From: Felis catus
Taxonomy: Eukaryota
Reading direction: 5' to 3'
DNA: 64,000 nt
NCBI RefSeq assembly: GCF_018350175.1
Contig: NC_058368.1
Location: 203,982,001 to 204,046,000 of the forward strand
Shown piece by piece: positions 38,591-50,639 of this stretch (position 1 is its first letter; every line of letters starts with the position of its first letter). Below the pieces are notes generated by a model, which did no database searches, had not been told where the DNA came from, and worked only from the letters and a program-made list of their open reading frames with translations. Both the position numbers and the translations under genes were made by a program.

Positions 38591-39363
38591 TAAATGAAAA
38601 GCGTTAAGAAGGGAACACCATGAGATAGATACAATACATGTAGAATTTGAGTCTTTTAGGACAGTGGTAGCGGGAGATGTTTTGCCTGGATTGGCTCCCG
38701 CATGCACTTCATCTTATATTAGTACTTGATGTTACTAAACCTTCTCTACAAGCATAGACAGTTAAAATTTTCTATGAAAGTAAACACTTGTGTAACGGCC
38801 CTAAGGATACATTATGCCATTTGTACTATTGCACGCAGTTGCCTGAGTTTCCATTTAATTCCACTCTTTGTGGTCTCCCTGAGTGTGAACGGAAGAGTTA
38901 TTAGTGGAGACCAATGACTAGTGAAAAATATCCCTGTATGTGAAGGGTGTTTTGTTTCTCTTTTGGGAGTTGTATGAAAGGGAATAACGGAAAATGGATG
39001 CTGAGTTGTATTATTTCTCCTTTGAGTCCAATATAATTTTCTTTCCTTTGAATCCAATATAACTCAAAAGGCGGATACTCCCATTATCTCCTATTTACAA
39101 GTATTCATAGTTTGCATATGGATTTGAGCTTCGGTGAAAACAGCTAGTTAACTAGAATGGAACATGCATTCTATGAAATGGGAAGTGTTTGAGGATTCTA
39201 TTAAGCAGAATATGAGCAGACAGGATTAACTGTAACTATTTTTAATGAACAGCCTATCTGTTGACTTGTCATGATTTTACTGTTGTTCTGCTCCTAGGGC
39301 TTTCCTTCGGAGGCAGCAATTGAGCTGAGTGTCTCCACTGCAAGCTTTGCAGAATCCAATTTC

Positions 39364-39578
39364 TTTTTTTTTTAATGTTTATTTATTTTTGAGACAGAGA
39401 GAAACACAGAGCATGAGTGGGAAAGGGGCAGAGAGAGAGGGAGACACAGAATCTGAAGCAGGCTCCAGGCTCCGAACTGTCAGCACAGAGCCTGAAGTGG
39501 GGTTCGAACCCATGAACCATGAGGTCATGACCTGAGCCAAAGTCGGGAGCTCAACAAACTGAGCTACCCAGGCACCCC
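39364..39578 (-). mobile_element. CanSINE
   Basis: Antisense; TSD agaatcc(a/g)atttctt. Confidence 0.96.
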
Positions 39579-40972
39579 AGAATCCGATTTCTTATTACTG
39601 GGAAGACTCAGAAAATATCCTAATGGATGGAAGGAGGTAAGTTCACCAGATGGTAGAAAGACTTGAGATTCATATGAGAAAAATCAGCCCATAAATCCGT
39701 TCACCATTACTACAACAAACAGAGTAGACTGTGCCCTCTTTAGCTTGGGCTCTCTCCCTTCATCCCTACCCGTACCTGCAGACATTTTTTATGTTTATTT
39801 TGACTTAATTTCATCTGAACCAAGATGTTGACAAAGACAGTAGAGTGCATAAGCTTATTTTTTTAATTTATCCAGGAGTCATATAGCTTATTATTTGTTA
39901 GACATTGCTCTAAGCATTTAAAAAGTTATTTAATCTTCATGTCAACTTCATGCGATCAAAGCTATTATTAATGGGTTTATTGATTTGTCCAAGTCACATA
40001 GCCAGAGACCAGCAGACCCAGGATTTGACCTAGCACTATGCATAAAACCATAATTGTGCTGCCGTATACACCACTTGCCTCTGGCAACATGGAGAGAACC
40101 AAAATCTTATTTACCACTTTTTCTTTTTAATTAAAAAAGCTATATGTAAAAACTGTCGATTAAAAAATGAAATAGCAACAAAAAGCAACCACTATTTTCT
40201 GTTGTATAGCATATCTACCACTTTTGCAAAACCAACTGGGAGGAGAAAGCTTTGTATTTGAAGACAAAAATGGGTAAAATATTAGTGCTGGATTTGGTCC
40301 TGGATTTAGGTTACACAACTATTTGCCAGTGATAATTTCACTTGCATTGATAACTTAAAAACCTGTTCCAGAAATGGTTCTGTTTCACAGGAACACCCAT
40401 TTATAAACCTTGTAATCTGTGGGTAATTCCTATAGGATTTCATTTGCCCCAATTTTCACAAACAAAGTTAGGCTTGGTTTGTGTTCTCTATATACATTGG
40501 ACTGTATGTAATTAAGAATATATGATCTCAGTGTTCCTATTATATCTAATATTATTTTATAGCAATTTTTCAGAATGTTCTGTACTGTGGGGAATTTGTC
40601 TCATGTAATGTAATATGAGGCAGGAATTGAAAAAGAAATTATATGCTTTTAGAGGGAAAAATGTTAAGGAGAAACTGTTTATAAAGTATATAAACTAACA
40701 ACAAGGAGTTGAAGAATTGCATCTCACTACAAGCTTACATTTTACAGTTCCTCTCTCCCTCAATCTGAAATCTCAAACAAGATCTGTTCTCCTTCTTCCA
40801 AAAGAGAAAATTTGGTTACAGGTTAATTGCTGGATAGTCTAGGGTGTTGTGGCCAGTTTGCAGTAGAGTAAGGACTTAGAAATTTATGCTAATTAAAGCA
40901 ATCAATAAGAAACATTTCCTGCCTTATCAAAATGGTAATAATCCAAGGTATACTTTTAAAGCAGGTGACAAG

Positions 40973-41858
40973 TCCAAACTCCACACCCGAAAAGCAAATA
41001 ATCCAGTGAAGAAATGGGCAGAAAACATGAATAGACACTTCTCTAAAGAAGACATCCAGATGGCCAACAGGCACATGAAAAGATGCTCAATGTCACTCCT
41101 CATCCAGGAAATACAAATCAAAACCACACTCAGATATCACCTCATGCCTTTAGTCAGAGTGGCTAAAATGAACAAATCAGGATACTATAGATGTTGGAGA
41201 GGATGTGGAGAAATGGGAACCCTCTTGCACTGTTGGTGGGAATGCAAACTAGTGCAGCCACTCTGGAAACAGCGTGGAGGTTCCTCAAAAAATTGAAAAT
41301 AGACCTACCCTATGACCCAGCAATAGCACTGCTAGGAATTTACCCAAGAGATACAGGAGTGCTGATGTATAGGGGCACATGTACCCCAATGTTTATAGCA
41401 GCACTTTCAACACTAGCCAAATTATGGAAAGAGCCTAAATGTCCATCAACTGATGAATGGATAAAGAAATTGTGGTTTATATACACAATGGAATACTACG
41501 TGGCAATGAGAAAGAATGAAATCTGGCCTTTCATAGCAATGTAGATGGAACTGGAGAGTGTTATGCTAAGTGAAATAAGTCATACAGAGAAAGACAGATA
41601 CCATATGTTTTTACTCTTATGTGGATCCTGAGAAACTTAACAGAAACCCATGGGGGAGGGGAAGGGAAAAAAAAAAGTTAGAGAGGGAGAGAGCCAAACC
41701 ATAAAAGACTCTTAAAAACCGAGAACAATCTGAGGGTTGGTGGGGGGGTGGGAGGTAGGGGAGGGTAGGTGATGGGTATTGAGGAGGCCACCTGTTGGGA
41801 TGAGCACTGGGTGTTGTATGGAAACCAATTTGACAATAAATTTCATATTAAAAAAAAA
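40973..41858 (+). mobile_element. Young felid-type L1, 5'-truncated
   Basis: Near-intact ORF2 C-terminus (ORFs 40886 and 41191); 3' end 'aaccaatttgacaataaatttcatatt' + A run. Confidence 0.97.
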
Positions 41859-41872
41859 GAAAATATGGTAAA

Positions 41873-42080
41873 GGGGCATCTGGGTGGCTCAGTCAGTTAA
41901 GCATCTGACTCGGCTCAGGTCATGATCTCACACACTTCATGAGTTCAAGTCCCACACCAGGTTCTCTGCTGTCAGCACAGAGCTCACTTCAGACCCTCTG
42001 TTCCCCCCTTTCTCTCTCCACTTTTTCCCTTCTTGCTCTCTAAACAAAGTATTAAAAGAAACAAAGTATTTTTAAAAAAA
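41873..42080 (+). mobile_element. Diverged CanSINE
   Basis: tRNA-like head and pyrimidine tract; nested in an older L1. Confidence 0.88.
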
Positions 42081-42486
42081 GATGTGCTATATATGTACAA
42101 TGGAATACTACTCAGCCATCAAGAATGAAACATTGCCATTTGCAACCACACGGATGGAGCCAGAATGTATTATGCTAAATGAAATAAGTCAATCAGAGAA
42201 AGACAAATACCATATGATTTCACTTACGTGTGGAATTTAAGAAACAAAACAGATAAATATATGAGAAGAAGGAAAATAAAAGAGGAGAGAGGGAAACAAA
42301 CCACAAGAAACTCTTAATGATAGAGAACAAACTAGCGGTTGAAGGAGCTAGATGGGTAACGGGTATTAAAAATGCACTTTTTATGATGAGCACTGGGTGT
42401 TGTATATAAGTGATGAATCACTGAATTCTACTCCTGAAACCAATATTACACTGTATGTGAACTAAAACTTAAATAAAATTACTTTT

Positions 42487-42518
<32 letters not shown>
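42081..42518 (+). mobile_element. Older carnivore L1 3' end
   Basis: 'acaatggaatactactcagccatcaagaatgaaa...gatgagcactgggtgttg...' followed by a (TAAA)n tail. Confidence 0.93.
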
Positions 42519-42839
42519 TAAAGCAGGTGACAAGAAATGTTTGAAGCCTGTATGAGAAAAATTATAAAATTCTCTGAAACTCACCAAACACACTGTGTTG
42601 TTGAGGGCTCCACATCATATACACGTCATTTCTCCCTACACTTATTTTATAAATTAATAAAATCCAAATAAAAATAGCTCTCGATTTTTTTCAAAAACTA
42701 GACAAGTTAGATATAAAGTCTGGAAGAAGAAACGTGCAATAACAGTGAGCAAAAATCTTAAAACAAGAGCAATGTGAAGGTATGATCTTACTGTATATTA
42801 AATATACACTAAAGCCCTTATAATTAAAATAGGGCTGAT

Positions 42840-42962
42840 GGGGGTGCCTGTCGGGAGCAGTCCGCACAGTGTGCAACTCTTGACCTCAGGGCCCTGAGTT
42901 CAAGCCCCACATTGGACCTGGAGCCTGCTTTAAAAATAAATAAATAGATAGATAAAATAAAA
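42840..42962 (+). mobile_element. Short old-type CanSINE
   Basis: tRNA-like head + A tail. Confidence 0.85.
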
Positions 42963-43079
42963 GAGCACTCATGACTGAACAGACCAATGAAATAGAAAAT
43001 CGAGAAATAGACCAAAGTACACATAAAAATTGAATATAGAATAAAACAGCATCACAAATAATTGGAGGAATTGAGGGTT

Positions 43080-43276
43080 TTTAAAGTTTATTTATTTATT
43101 TTGAGAGCGAGAGAAAGACAGAGAGCGCAGGAGGGGCAGAGAGAGAGGAAGAAAGAGAGAATCCCAAGCTGGCTCCATACTGTCAGCACAGAGCCTGATG
43201 CAGGCCTCAAACCCACCAACCATGAGATCAAGACCTGAGTGTAATCCAAGAGTCGGAGGCTTAACCCTGGCGCCCC
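43080..43276 (-). mobile_element. CanSINE
   Basis: Antisense structure. Confidence 0.93.
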
Positions 43277-43664
43277 GGGAAATGACTTTTTAATAAGCAT
43301 CTTGGAGACAACTAGAGGGTCATATAGGGGGTGGGGAACGTATCCGACTCACAACCAAGTGAATCGGGGATCTAAATGTAAACACAAAAACAAAAACACC
43401 ATAAAAATACTAAACAAAACCATGACTGAATTTCTTAATAATCTGAGCTTGGGGAAAACTTTCCTAATCATGACTCAAAACCAAGAAGCAATAAGGGAAA
43501 AGACTGATATATTTGACTACATTTTTTACGAATTTAAAAATAACAACTTTTTACAAGGCAAAAAAACTCCACAAGCAAAGTAAAAACACAAATGACAAGC
43601 TAAGAAGAGTATTTGCAATTTGTATCACAAAGGGTTAATAATATCCTTACTATGAAAAGATCAT

Positions 43665-43860
43665 ATCCATCAAAATAGGTTAGATTTGCTGTAGTAACAA
43701 ACAACCTGAAAAATCTCAAAGACAGAAAATGTTACTTCTCACTCACGATGCATGTCCAGGGTAGATCAGCAGGGAGCTCTGTAATCATGTGGCCTCAGAG
43801 ACCCAAACTTGTGGAGGCACCATCTCAATGTATGCTTCCCCAGTCGCAGAGGCAATCCCC
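43665..43860 (-). mobile_element. MLT1-type LTR fragment
   Basis: 'ataggttagatttgctgtagtaacaaacaacc...tacttctcactcac'. Confidence 0.55.
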
Positions 43861-43884
43861 AAAATTTAAAAATAAATAAGCGTA

Positions 43885-44090
43885 GGGGTGCCTGGGTGGC
43901 TCGGTTGGTTAAGCGTCAGACTCTTGATTTCCGGTCAGGTCATGATCTCATGGTTCGTGAGATCGAGTCCCACCTGGGGCTCTGCTCTGACAGTGTGGAG
44001 CCTGCTTGGGATTCTCTCTCCCTCTGCCCCTCCCCCACTCATGCTATCTCTCTCTCTCTCAAAATAAACTTTAAATAAATAACTAAATAA
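43885..44090 (+). mobile_element. CanSINE
   Basis: Head/CT/A-tail structure. Confidence 0.95.
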
Positions 44091-44282
44091 GCAAGCAAGC
44101 CTAACTGAATATAAAGTTGACAGCATAACCAGAGAGAATAGAGAAGGATTGTTTCAAGTATTTCAAAATACACTATTTGTATTACACATTAATAGTGGGA
44201 TACATCCTAAGGATACAAAGAACCACAAAAAACATCTTAAACAACATTTAAATGTCTGTTGTTAGTAGTGATAATTCTTTGG

Positions 44283-44476
44283 TTTTTAATGTTTATTTGG
44301 TTTTGAAAGCGAGAACCAGTGGGGGAGGGGCAGAGAGAGAGGACACAGAATTGGAAGCAGGCTCCAGGCTCTAATCTGTCAGCGCAGAGCTGATGTGGGG
44401 CTCCAACCCATGAACCTTGAGATCATGACCTGAGCTGAAGTCAGATGTTTAACTGACTGAGTCACCCAGGCACCCC
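44283..44476 (-). mobile_element. CanSINE
   Basis: Antisense structure. Confidence 0.93.
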
Positions 44477-44949
44477 TAATATGACTGTTATTTTGAAACT
44501 ATCATATATAACTCCAATATTATATATATTTGGATAAAGTAAATAAGTAATACGTTAATGTGATTAGAAATGAAGCTTCAATTATAAGAGAAAAGAGGTG
44601 TACCTGTAAAGTCAAAATGATTAAATAAAAACCTTGTATCTTATGTTTGAATATGAAATATCACAATGAATTCATAATTTACTTTTCTCTTTCTAAAAAA
44701 CAAATATTTATTAAGGGCCTGGGAAAAATGACAACTCAGTAGTAATAAGCACATCTAGCACTCAGACCTCAAAACACCATGTTCTAGGTTGCGCAAGTAA
44801 TATACAAGATGAGCCTGAGAACTTGTCATGCCAGAAGCAAGAAGTCAGAGAATACCAGGGTCGTGCAATAAGGACATAGAAATGAACTCAAATGAGCCCA
44901 CTGGCTAAAGAGGGCTCTCACAAAGCGAAGACATTTTTAGCATCAAACA

Positions 44950-45825
44950 AACAAAAACAAAAACATAAACAAGTGTTGGCGAGGATGTACAGGAAAAGAA
45001 ACCCTCCTGCACTGTAGGTAGGAATGTAGGCTGGTGCAGCCACTGTAGAAAACAGTATAGAGACTCAAAACATTAAAATAAAACTATCATATAATTCAGT
45101 AATTCTACCACTGGCTATTTACATAAAGAATATAAAAACACTAATTCAAAAAAGATATATGTACCCCTGTGTTTATTGCAGCATTATTTACAATAGACAA
45201 ATTATAGAAGCAATCCAAGTATCCACTGATAGATAATTGAGTAAAGAAGATTGATATATATAATGGAATATAATTCAGCTATAAAAAGAATGAGATCTTG
45301 CTATTTGCAAAAACATGGATGGAGCTAGAACATATAATGCTAAGTGAAATAAGTCAGAGAAAGACAAATACATTATCATTTCACTCATACAAGGAATTTA
45401 AGGAAAAAACAAAGAAAAAAAGAGACAAACAAAAAACAGACCCTTTTTAAAGATATTTTTAAGTTTATTTATTTTGAGAGAGAGAGAGCAGGAGAGGCAG
45501 AGAGAAGGGGAGGGAGAGAGAATCCCAAGCAGGCTCTGCACCATCAGCACAGAGCCCGATGTGGGGCTCAAACTCACGAACCATGAGATCGTGACCTGAG
45601 CTGAAACCAAGAGTTGGACACTTGAGTGACTGAGCCATGCAGGTGCCCCAAGATTCGTAACTGTAGAGAACAAACTGGTGGTTACCAGAAGGGAAGTGGA
45701 TGGGGGATTGAGAGGACACTTACCATGATAAGCACTGAGTACTGTATAGAATTGTTGAATCACTATCCTGTACACCTGAAACTACTATAACACTGTATGT
45801 TATTATACTGGAATTAAAAAAAAAT
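44950..45825 (+). mobile_element. Carnivore/L1MA-like L1 3' end
   Basis: 'aacaagtgttggcgaggatgt...gaatcactatcctgtacacctgaaact'; interrupted by a SINE. Confidence 0.9.
45445..45649 (-). mobile_element. CanSINE nested in L1
   Basis: Antisense structure. Confidence 0.93.
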
Positions 45826-46760
45826 CAAATATATAAAAATCTATGAGTTTATCAATATTGAAAGAAAAAACTACAACAATCACCTCTTCAGTCACCACTG
45901 ACTCTCTAAGGGCACCAACTCACTACGCAAAAATAATGAACTGATACTATAGGGAAATAATTAACTAGTTATCCTGTCTCTTTGGCACAAACTCTACCTG
46001 AGGGCAACTAAATTGTGGTTGGGAACAAGAACACCAATGCTACTGCAGGAAGAGTAATAAAACTATGCAGTCATTGATGGCTGCTAAGACCATTAGGTAA
46101 AGGTTGCTGGGAACCTTTGAGATAGGAATCAGGCTGAAAACACCTAAACACCGTGTCAGCATCCTTAATAGTGAGAGAACTTGGCATGGTGTGCCTCCTC
46201 GCGTGATGTAATAAGTACACAGCACCTCCTATGAAGTAGCTCAAAAATTGTTTTAATTTGAATATTATGGTCTCTAAATTGAACAACCAATTTACAGGAA
46301 GTATGTGAGACAATTAGGAACAAACTAAATGATGCCACGAAGATGCAGTCAGCCAAATCCAGAGTGAGGCACATTCAGTAGCACCCATGACTTGGTTTCT
46401 TCAACAAAATAACGTCATCAAAGAAAAAGGGGATGAAAAGGAAAAGAACCTGTTACAGACTGAAGAAAATTTAACAGACATTGTAACTAAATCTAAATTA
46501 GCCTTTATTTATATTTTCCTTCTAACAAGCCAACTAGAAAAGACATTTTTGAGAAAACTGGCAAATTTTTAAATGATCTTAAATTTTAGATTATATTAAG
46601 CAATTGATGTTATTTGTGTTAGATATGACAATAGTGTTGTGATGATATTTTTAAGCCCTTAATTGTTAGTAATATGGACTGAAGTATTTATAGATCAAAT
46701 GATAATGAAGTCTGGAATCTGCTCCCAGTCCTTGGTGGGAAAGGGAAGCAAGTCAAGGCA

Positions 46761-46807
46761 TGGGGGCCTGGGGGCCTGGGGGCCTGGGGGCCTGGGGGCC
46801 TGGGGGC
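46761..46807 (+). repeat. (TGGGGGCC)x~6 tandem repeat, G-quadruplex-forming motif
   Basis: Six G5 runs separated by CCT. Confidence 0.95.
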
Positions 46808-47669
46808 AGAGATCAAATTGGGAAACTGCTGACAATTGTTGAAGCTGAGTGATGAATATATTGGAGTTTAGTACTAGTTACCTTTGCTTTTATGGATTTT
46901 TGAAAATTTCCCTAATAAAAAGATTTTTTAAGACTCTTGGTCAAATTCAGGAGTGACATCGTCAATTATCAACCGCTCTACCCAGAACCTGTCTACCTGA
47001 TCTTGCCTGGTATGTTTAAGAAGTATATATGTCCTGTACTTGATACACTCACATGATGCTCTGCTCATCTTCCCTCCTCCTTACTCACTGAGTATCCCAA
47101 TTCTACACTGCCTCAAGGCCAAGGAAATAAATGATTGGATAAAGCCCTAAAAATTAATAGACAACGTGCGTCAGCTGGTTCCCAAGCTAGTGACATCATA
47201 AAAGCATTTGACTGAGGGCCAGCCTGGGTTACAGTAATATGGGTTAACTTATATCAGATTGAGAAGTGTGTTTGTCAGGACTCTTCAAGCGGATGTTCCA
47301 GAACAATGACAATATTTAGATATCAAAGCTGAATGAAAAATGAGACATTCCCAAGATTCATAAACTGGATTTACAACCCTTCTCTGGCACCACTGCTTTC
47401 TCTATGGACCACATCACAGAAGGATCTGATTAGAAATAGAATACACAGAGAGGGTATGTGACGATTTTGCAATCCTCTGATGCTTCAGGGCTAGCAGGCT
47501 GGATGTGCAAACAACAACACTATCAAATGATCCCCAAACAACATCTTAAATCCCTTTTTGAAATATTTCGTACCATTGAGAAAAGAAAATTGTGACACAA
47601 AAGTCCATTGTAAAGACTCTGTTATGCCATTTCAATTGATAAAAACTAAACTCTTGAAAAATTCTTCTG

Positions 47670-47915
47670 AGTCACAGAAGGCACACAGATTTTGGAGTCA
47701 GGCCAACATGCATTCAAATTCTGCTTTCATCACTTACCCAGGTGTCTGTCCCATGGGCAGACTGTTTAACTGCCTAGGCCTTACTTTCTTCATTTGTCAA
47801 GTGGATATGAAAATGCCTTTTTAACAAAGCTATGGCAAGGATTAAAGATAACTTTACACACACACACGAGTGTTTAGTAAAACACATAATGAGGACTAAA
47901 TAAATTATAGCTATT
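47670..47915 (+). mobile_element. MIR SINE
   Basis: 'ttttggagtcaggccaacatgcattcaaattctgctttcatcactta'. Confidence 0.75.
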
Positions 47916-48312
47916 ACAGTTACATGAGTTGGATTGATGAAATGTTCTAGCCATTTTAGAAGGGAGGCTCTAAAACGACCTTGTTACAACACTAGAAAAA
48001 GAGAATTCAACAAACCATTTTAAAGACTACTTCAGATGCATAACAAGACATGAACACGCTATGGATCATTTATCAAAACTGAATACATGCCTCCTCTGAT
48101 GTGGTAGAAACAGATCTCTAACTCAGCTTACAAAAGCCAAAATTGTATTACTGAAAATACCTTGGGGGAAAAGAACTGTTGGTCTGAGGAAATTTGAGTT
48201 CTCCGTTTCCTACTATCACTCATGAAGTTCCCTTTGGTCCTTGTGCCTCATCACATTGATTGCTTCTCAATTCCTGCCTGGTCTGTTGTGCAGTTCCCAT
48301 GGCTATGCTCAC

Positions 48313-48378
48313 CTTGTGTGCTCATCCATTATCTCGCCTCTAAAATTTGTGTCATGTAAATACTGTATTGTCCATTTT
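48313..48378 (-). other. Candidate 66-nt exon
   Basis: Donor 'CACAAG|gtgagc'; acceptor 'ttatattatag|' has a weak pyrimidine tract; frame-preserving and open (KWTIQYLHDTNFRGEIMDEHT). Confidence 0.25.
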
Positions 48379-48554
48379 CTATAATATAACTTCATTAATT
48401 TATTAGTAAGGTCATTTCTAATGTGTGATAATTTGAGTAGACTTTTACTTAGAGCTTTGCAAACCTACCATTTAAGGAACAAACTCCTTGTGTAATCATG
48501 CCTTCAGTTAGCTTTGGCATTCACCAAACACTTTGTGTAAGTTTGTAGTGATAG

Positions 48555-48800
48555 TAACAATAATAGCTAATATTTACTGAGCACCCACCATGTGCTAATA
48601 ACACTAAGTGTCTAAAACGCATTAAATAGCATAATCCTAGTAACACCTGTATAAAGAAGGTGCTATTATTATCTCCATTGTATAACATGGAAACTGAAAC
48701 TTAGAAAAGTTCATTACTTTCTGGAGTTCACATAAATAGTACATGGAGGAACCGAAATAAGAGCTCAGTAAGTCAGAATCTAGAATCCTTCCTATTACTC
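48555..48800 (-). mobile_element. MIR SINE
   Basis: 'aataatagctaatatttactgagcacccaccatgtgc...ggaaactgaaacttaga'. Confidence 0.8.
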
Positions 48801-49099
48801 CTTTCACCTACTTGTATTTAGGATTCCGTCCTGTAGTTACTGTATAAGCTCTTACTATTATTGTTCAAATAAAAAAAACACAAGTCCCAAACCAGTGAAG
48901 ATCGAGTCTCATTCATCTCTGTGTCCCCAGTGCTTTAACCTGAACCCTGGCACATATATAGACAACATTTGATGAATGAATAAATCAATTGATTTCACAC
49001 AAAAATGTAAAATTTTAGTAAAGTTGTTAGATTTTCTTTTTTTGTTGTTGTTTGTTTTGTTTTGTTTTGTTTTGTTTTTACTGTAAGCTCTAACCTCTG

Positions 49100-49395
49100 T
49101 CTTTTTTTAGTTTTTTATGTGAGTTCCAGGTAGTTAACATACATGTAATATTGGTTTTAGGTATACAATATGGTGATTCAGCATTTCAATACAACACCTG
49201 GTGCTTATCACAAGTGCAGTCCTTAATCCCCATCACCTATATAACCCATCCCTCCACCCACCTCCCCCTCTGGTAACCCTCACTTTGTTCTGTATAGTTA
49301 AGAGTCTATTTCTTGGTTTGCCTCTCTCTCTCTCTCTTTTTTTCCTCTTTGCTTGTTTGCTTTGTTTGTTAAATTCCACATATGAGTAACATCAT
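49100..49395 (-). mobile_element. Carnivore L1 3' UTR fragment
   Basis: 'tacaacacctggtgcttatcacaagtgc...aaattccacatatgagt'. Confidence 0.88.
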
Positions 49396-49450
49396 AGGCC
49401 TTACTTCCAACTTCACTAAGAAAATAGAAACGATCAGAAGAGTAACTTCC

Positions 49451-49654
49451 GGGTACCTGGGTGGCTCAATTAAGCATTTGACTTTGGCTCAGGTCATGAT
49501 TTCATGGTTCATGAGTTCGAGTCCCACATTGGGTGAGCTCAAGCCCCACTTGGGTAAAAACATGAGCCCCACTTCAGGTGAGTCCCACTTCTCTCTCTCT
49601 CTCTCTCTCTGCTCCTTGTTGACTTGCACCCTCATTTTCGCTGTCAAAAAAAAA
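49451..49654 (+). mobile_element. CanSINE variant with internally repeated segment
   Basis: Four 'ag(t/c)cccac(a/t)t' units; TSD aagagta(a/c)cttcc. Confidence 0.88.
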
Positions 49655-49659
49655 AAGAG

Positions 49660-50590
49660 TACCTTCCACATGTTACTCCCATCACTTCTACTATTCTATC
49701 ACCCTGTCTTCTTGCCTGTTAGAAATAGTGAACTGCCCATGGTCCCATGGGGGGGCCAACTCCTCCACTTGTACATGATTCCCATCTGCTTTCACTTAAA
49801 CCAAGGTCATGGCTTCTAGGGTTGCTCCTACTCTCTTCTGAATCACCAGTTTTACTCTACTGGATCAGCATCATTGTTTTCTTCTTCTTGAAACACTTTC
49901 TTCCCTTGGCTTATGAGACATCACTCCCTCTTGGTTCTTTTCCTAACTTTAGGGAATGTTATTATTCAGTCTCCTTTGATGATTATTCTTTTTTATCTTT
50001 CAAAATGTTAAATGTTCAAGTACTAAGTCCTCATCTGTTTTCTACCTGTACTCATTCCTAGGTGAGCTCAAGTCTATGAATTCCATATATAACTTCATGA
50101 CCCCCAACCCCAATCTCTCCCCTGAACTCTTGTCTTTTATACATAACATGTCCACTTGGATGAGTAAAGGCATCTAAAATTTAATATGTCCAAAATTGAA
50201 CTCTTGATTTCCAATCCCAAAACCTACTCCTTTCCAAGTTGTCTCCATTCATTCCAATGAACTCCATTCATTCCAATTCATTCCAATGGCAACTCCATCT
50301 TTCTTCTTGTTCAGGACAAAAATCTTGGAGTGAACCCTGAGTCTTTTCATTCCACATCGACTCATTCTGTCAGCAATGAGTTGGCACTATCTGTTGGCAC
50401 TATCTCATCTCAACAACAAGTATAGAATATGATGACTGCTCCCCTCCACTGCTCACATACTAAGTGGAACCACTGACATTTTACCTAGAGATTATTAGCT
50501 CCCCAACTGGTATCCCTGCTTTTACCCTTGCTCACTTTTAGTCTGTTCTCAACAGAATGGCAGAGTGATCTTTTTAAAAATGTAAGTCAT
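49660..50590 (+). mobile_element. LINE-2 fragment
   Basis: 'acatgtccacttggatgagtaaaggcatctaaaatttaatatgtccaaaattgaactcttgatt'. Confidence 0.8.
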
Positions 50591-50639
50591 CCCTTCCTCT
50601 TTGCTTTCCCTTTCTTTTCCTTCCTTACCTCTTCTTCCC

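Larger units (their letters stand above)
42540..46925 (+). mobile_element. Fragmented old L1 (L1MC/MD-like) with nested SINEs, MLT1 and a younger L1
   Basis: Degenerate ORF2 pieces (42540-43650) and 3' UTR motifs ('gatgagcctgagaacttgtcatgccagaagcaag', 'acaattgttgaagctgagtgatgaata'). Confidence 0.65.

Noticed and set aside
40886..41544. ORFs with clear protein similarity
   Set aside because: L1 ORF2 C-terminal remnants of a 5'-truncated element, not a host gene; the same applies to 1297, 16330 and 51829.
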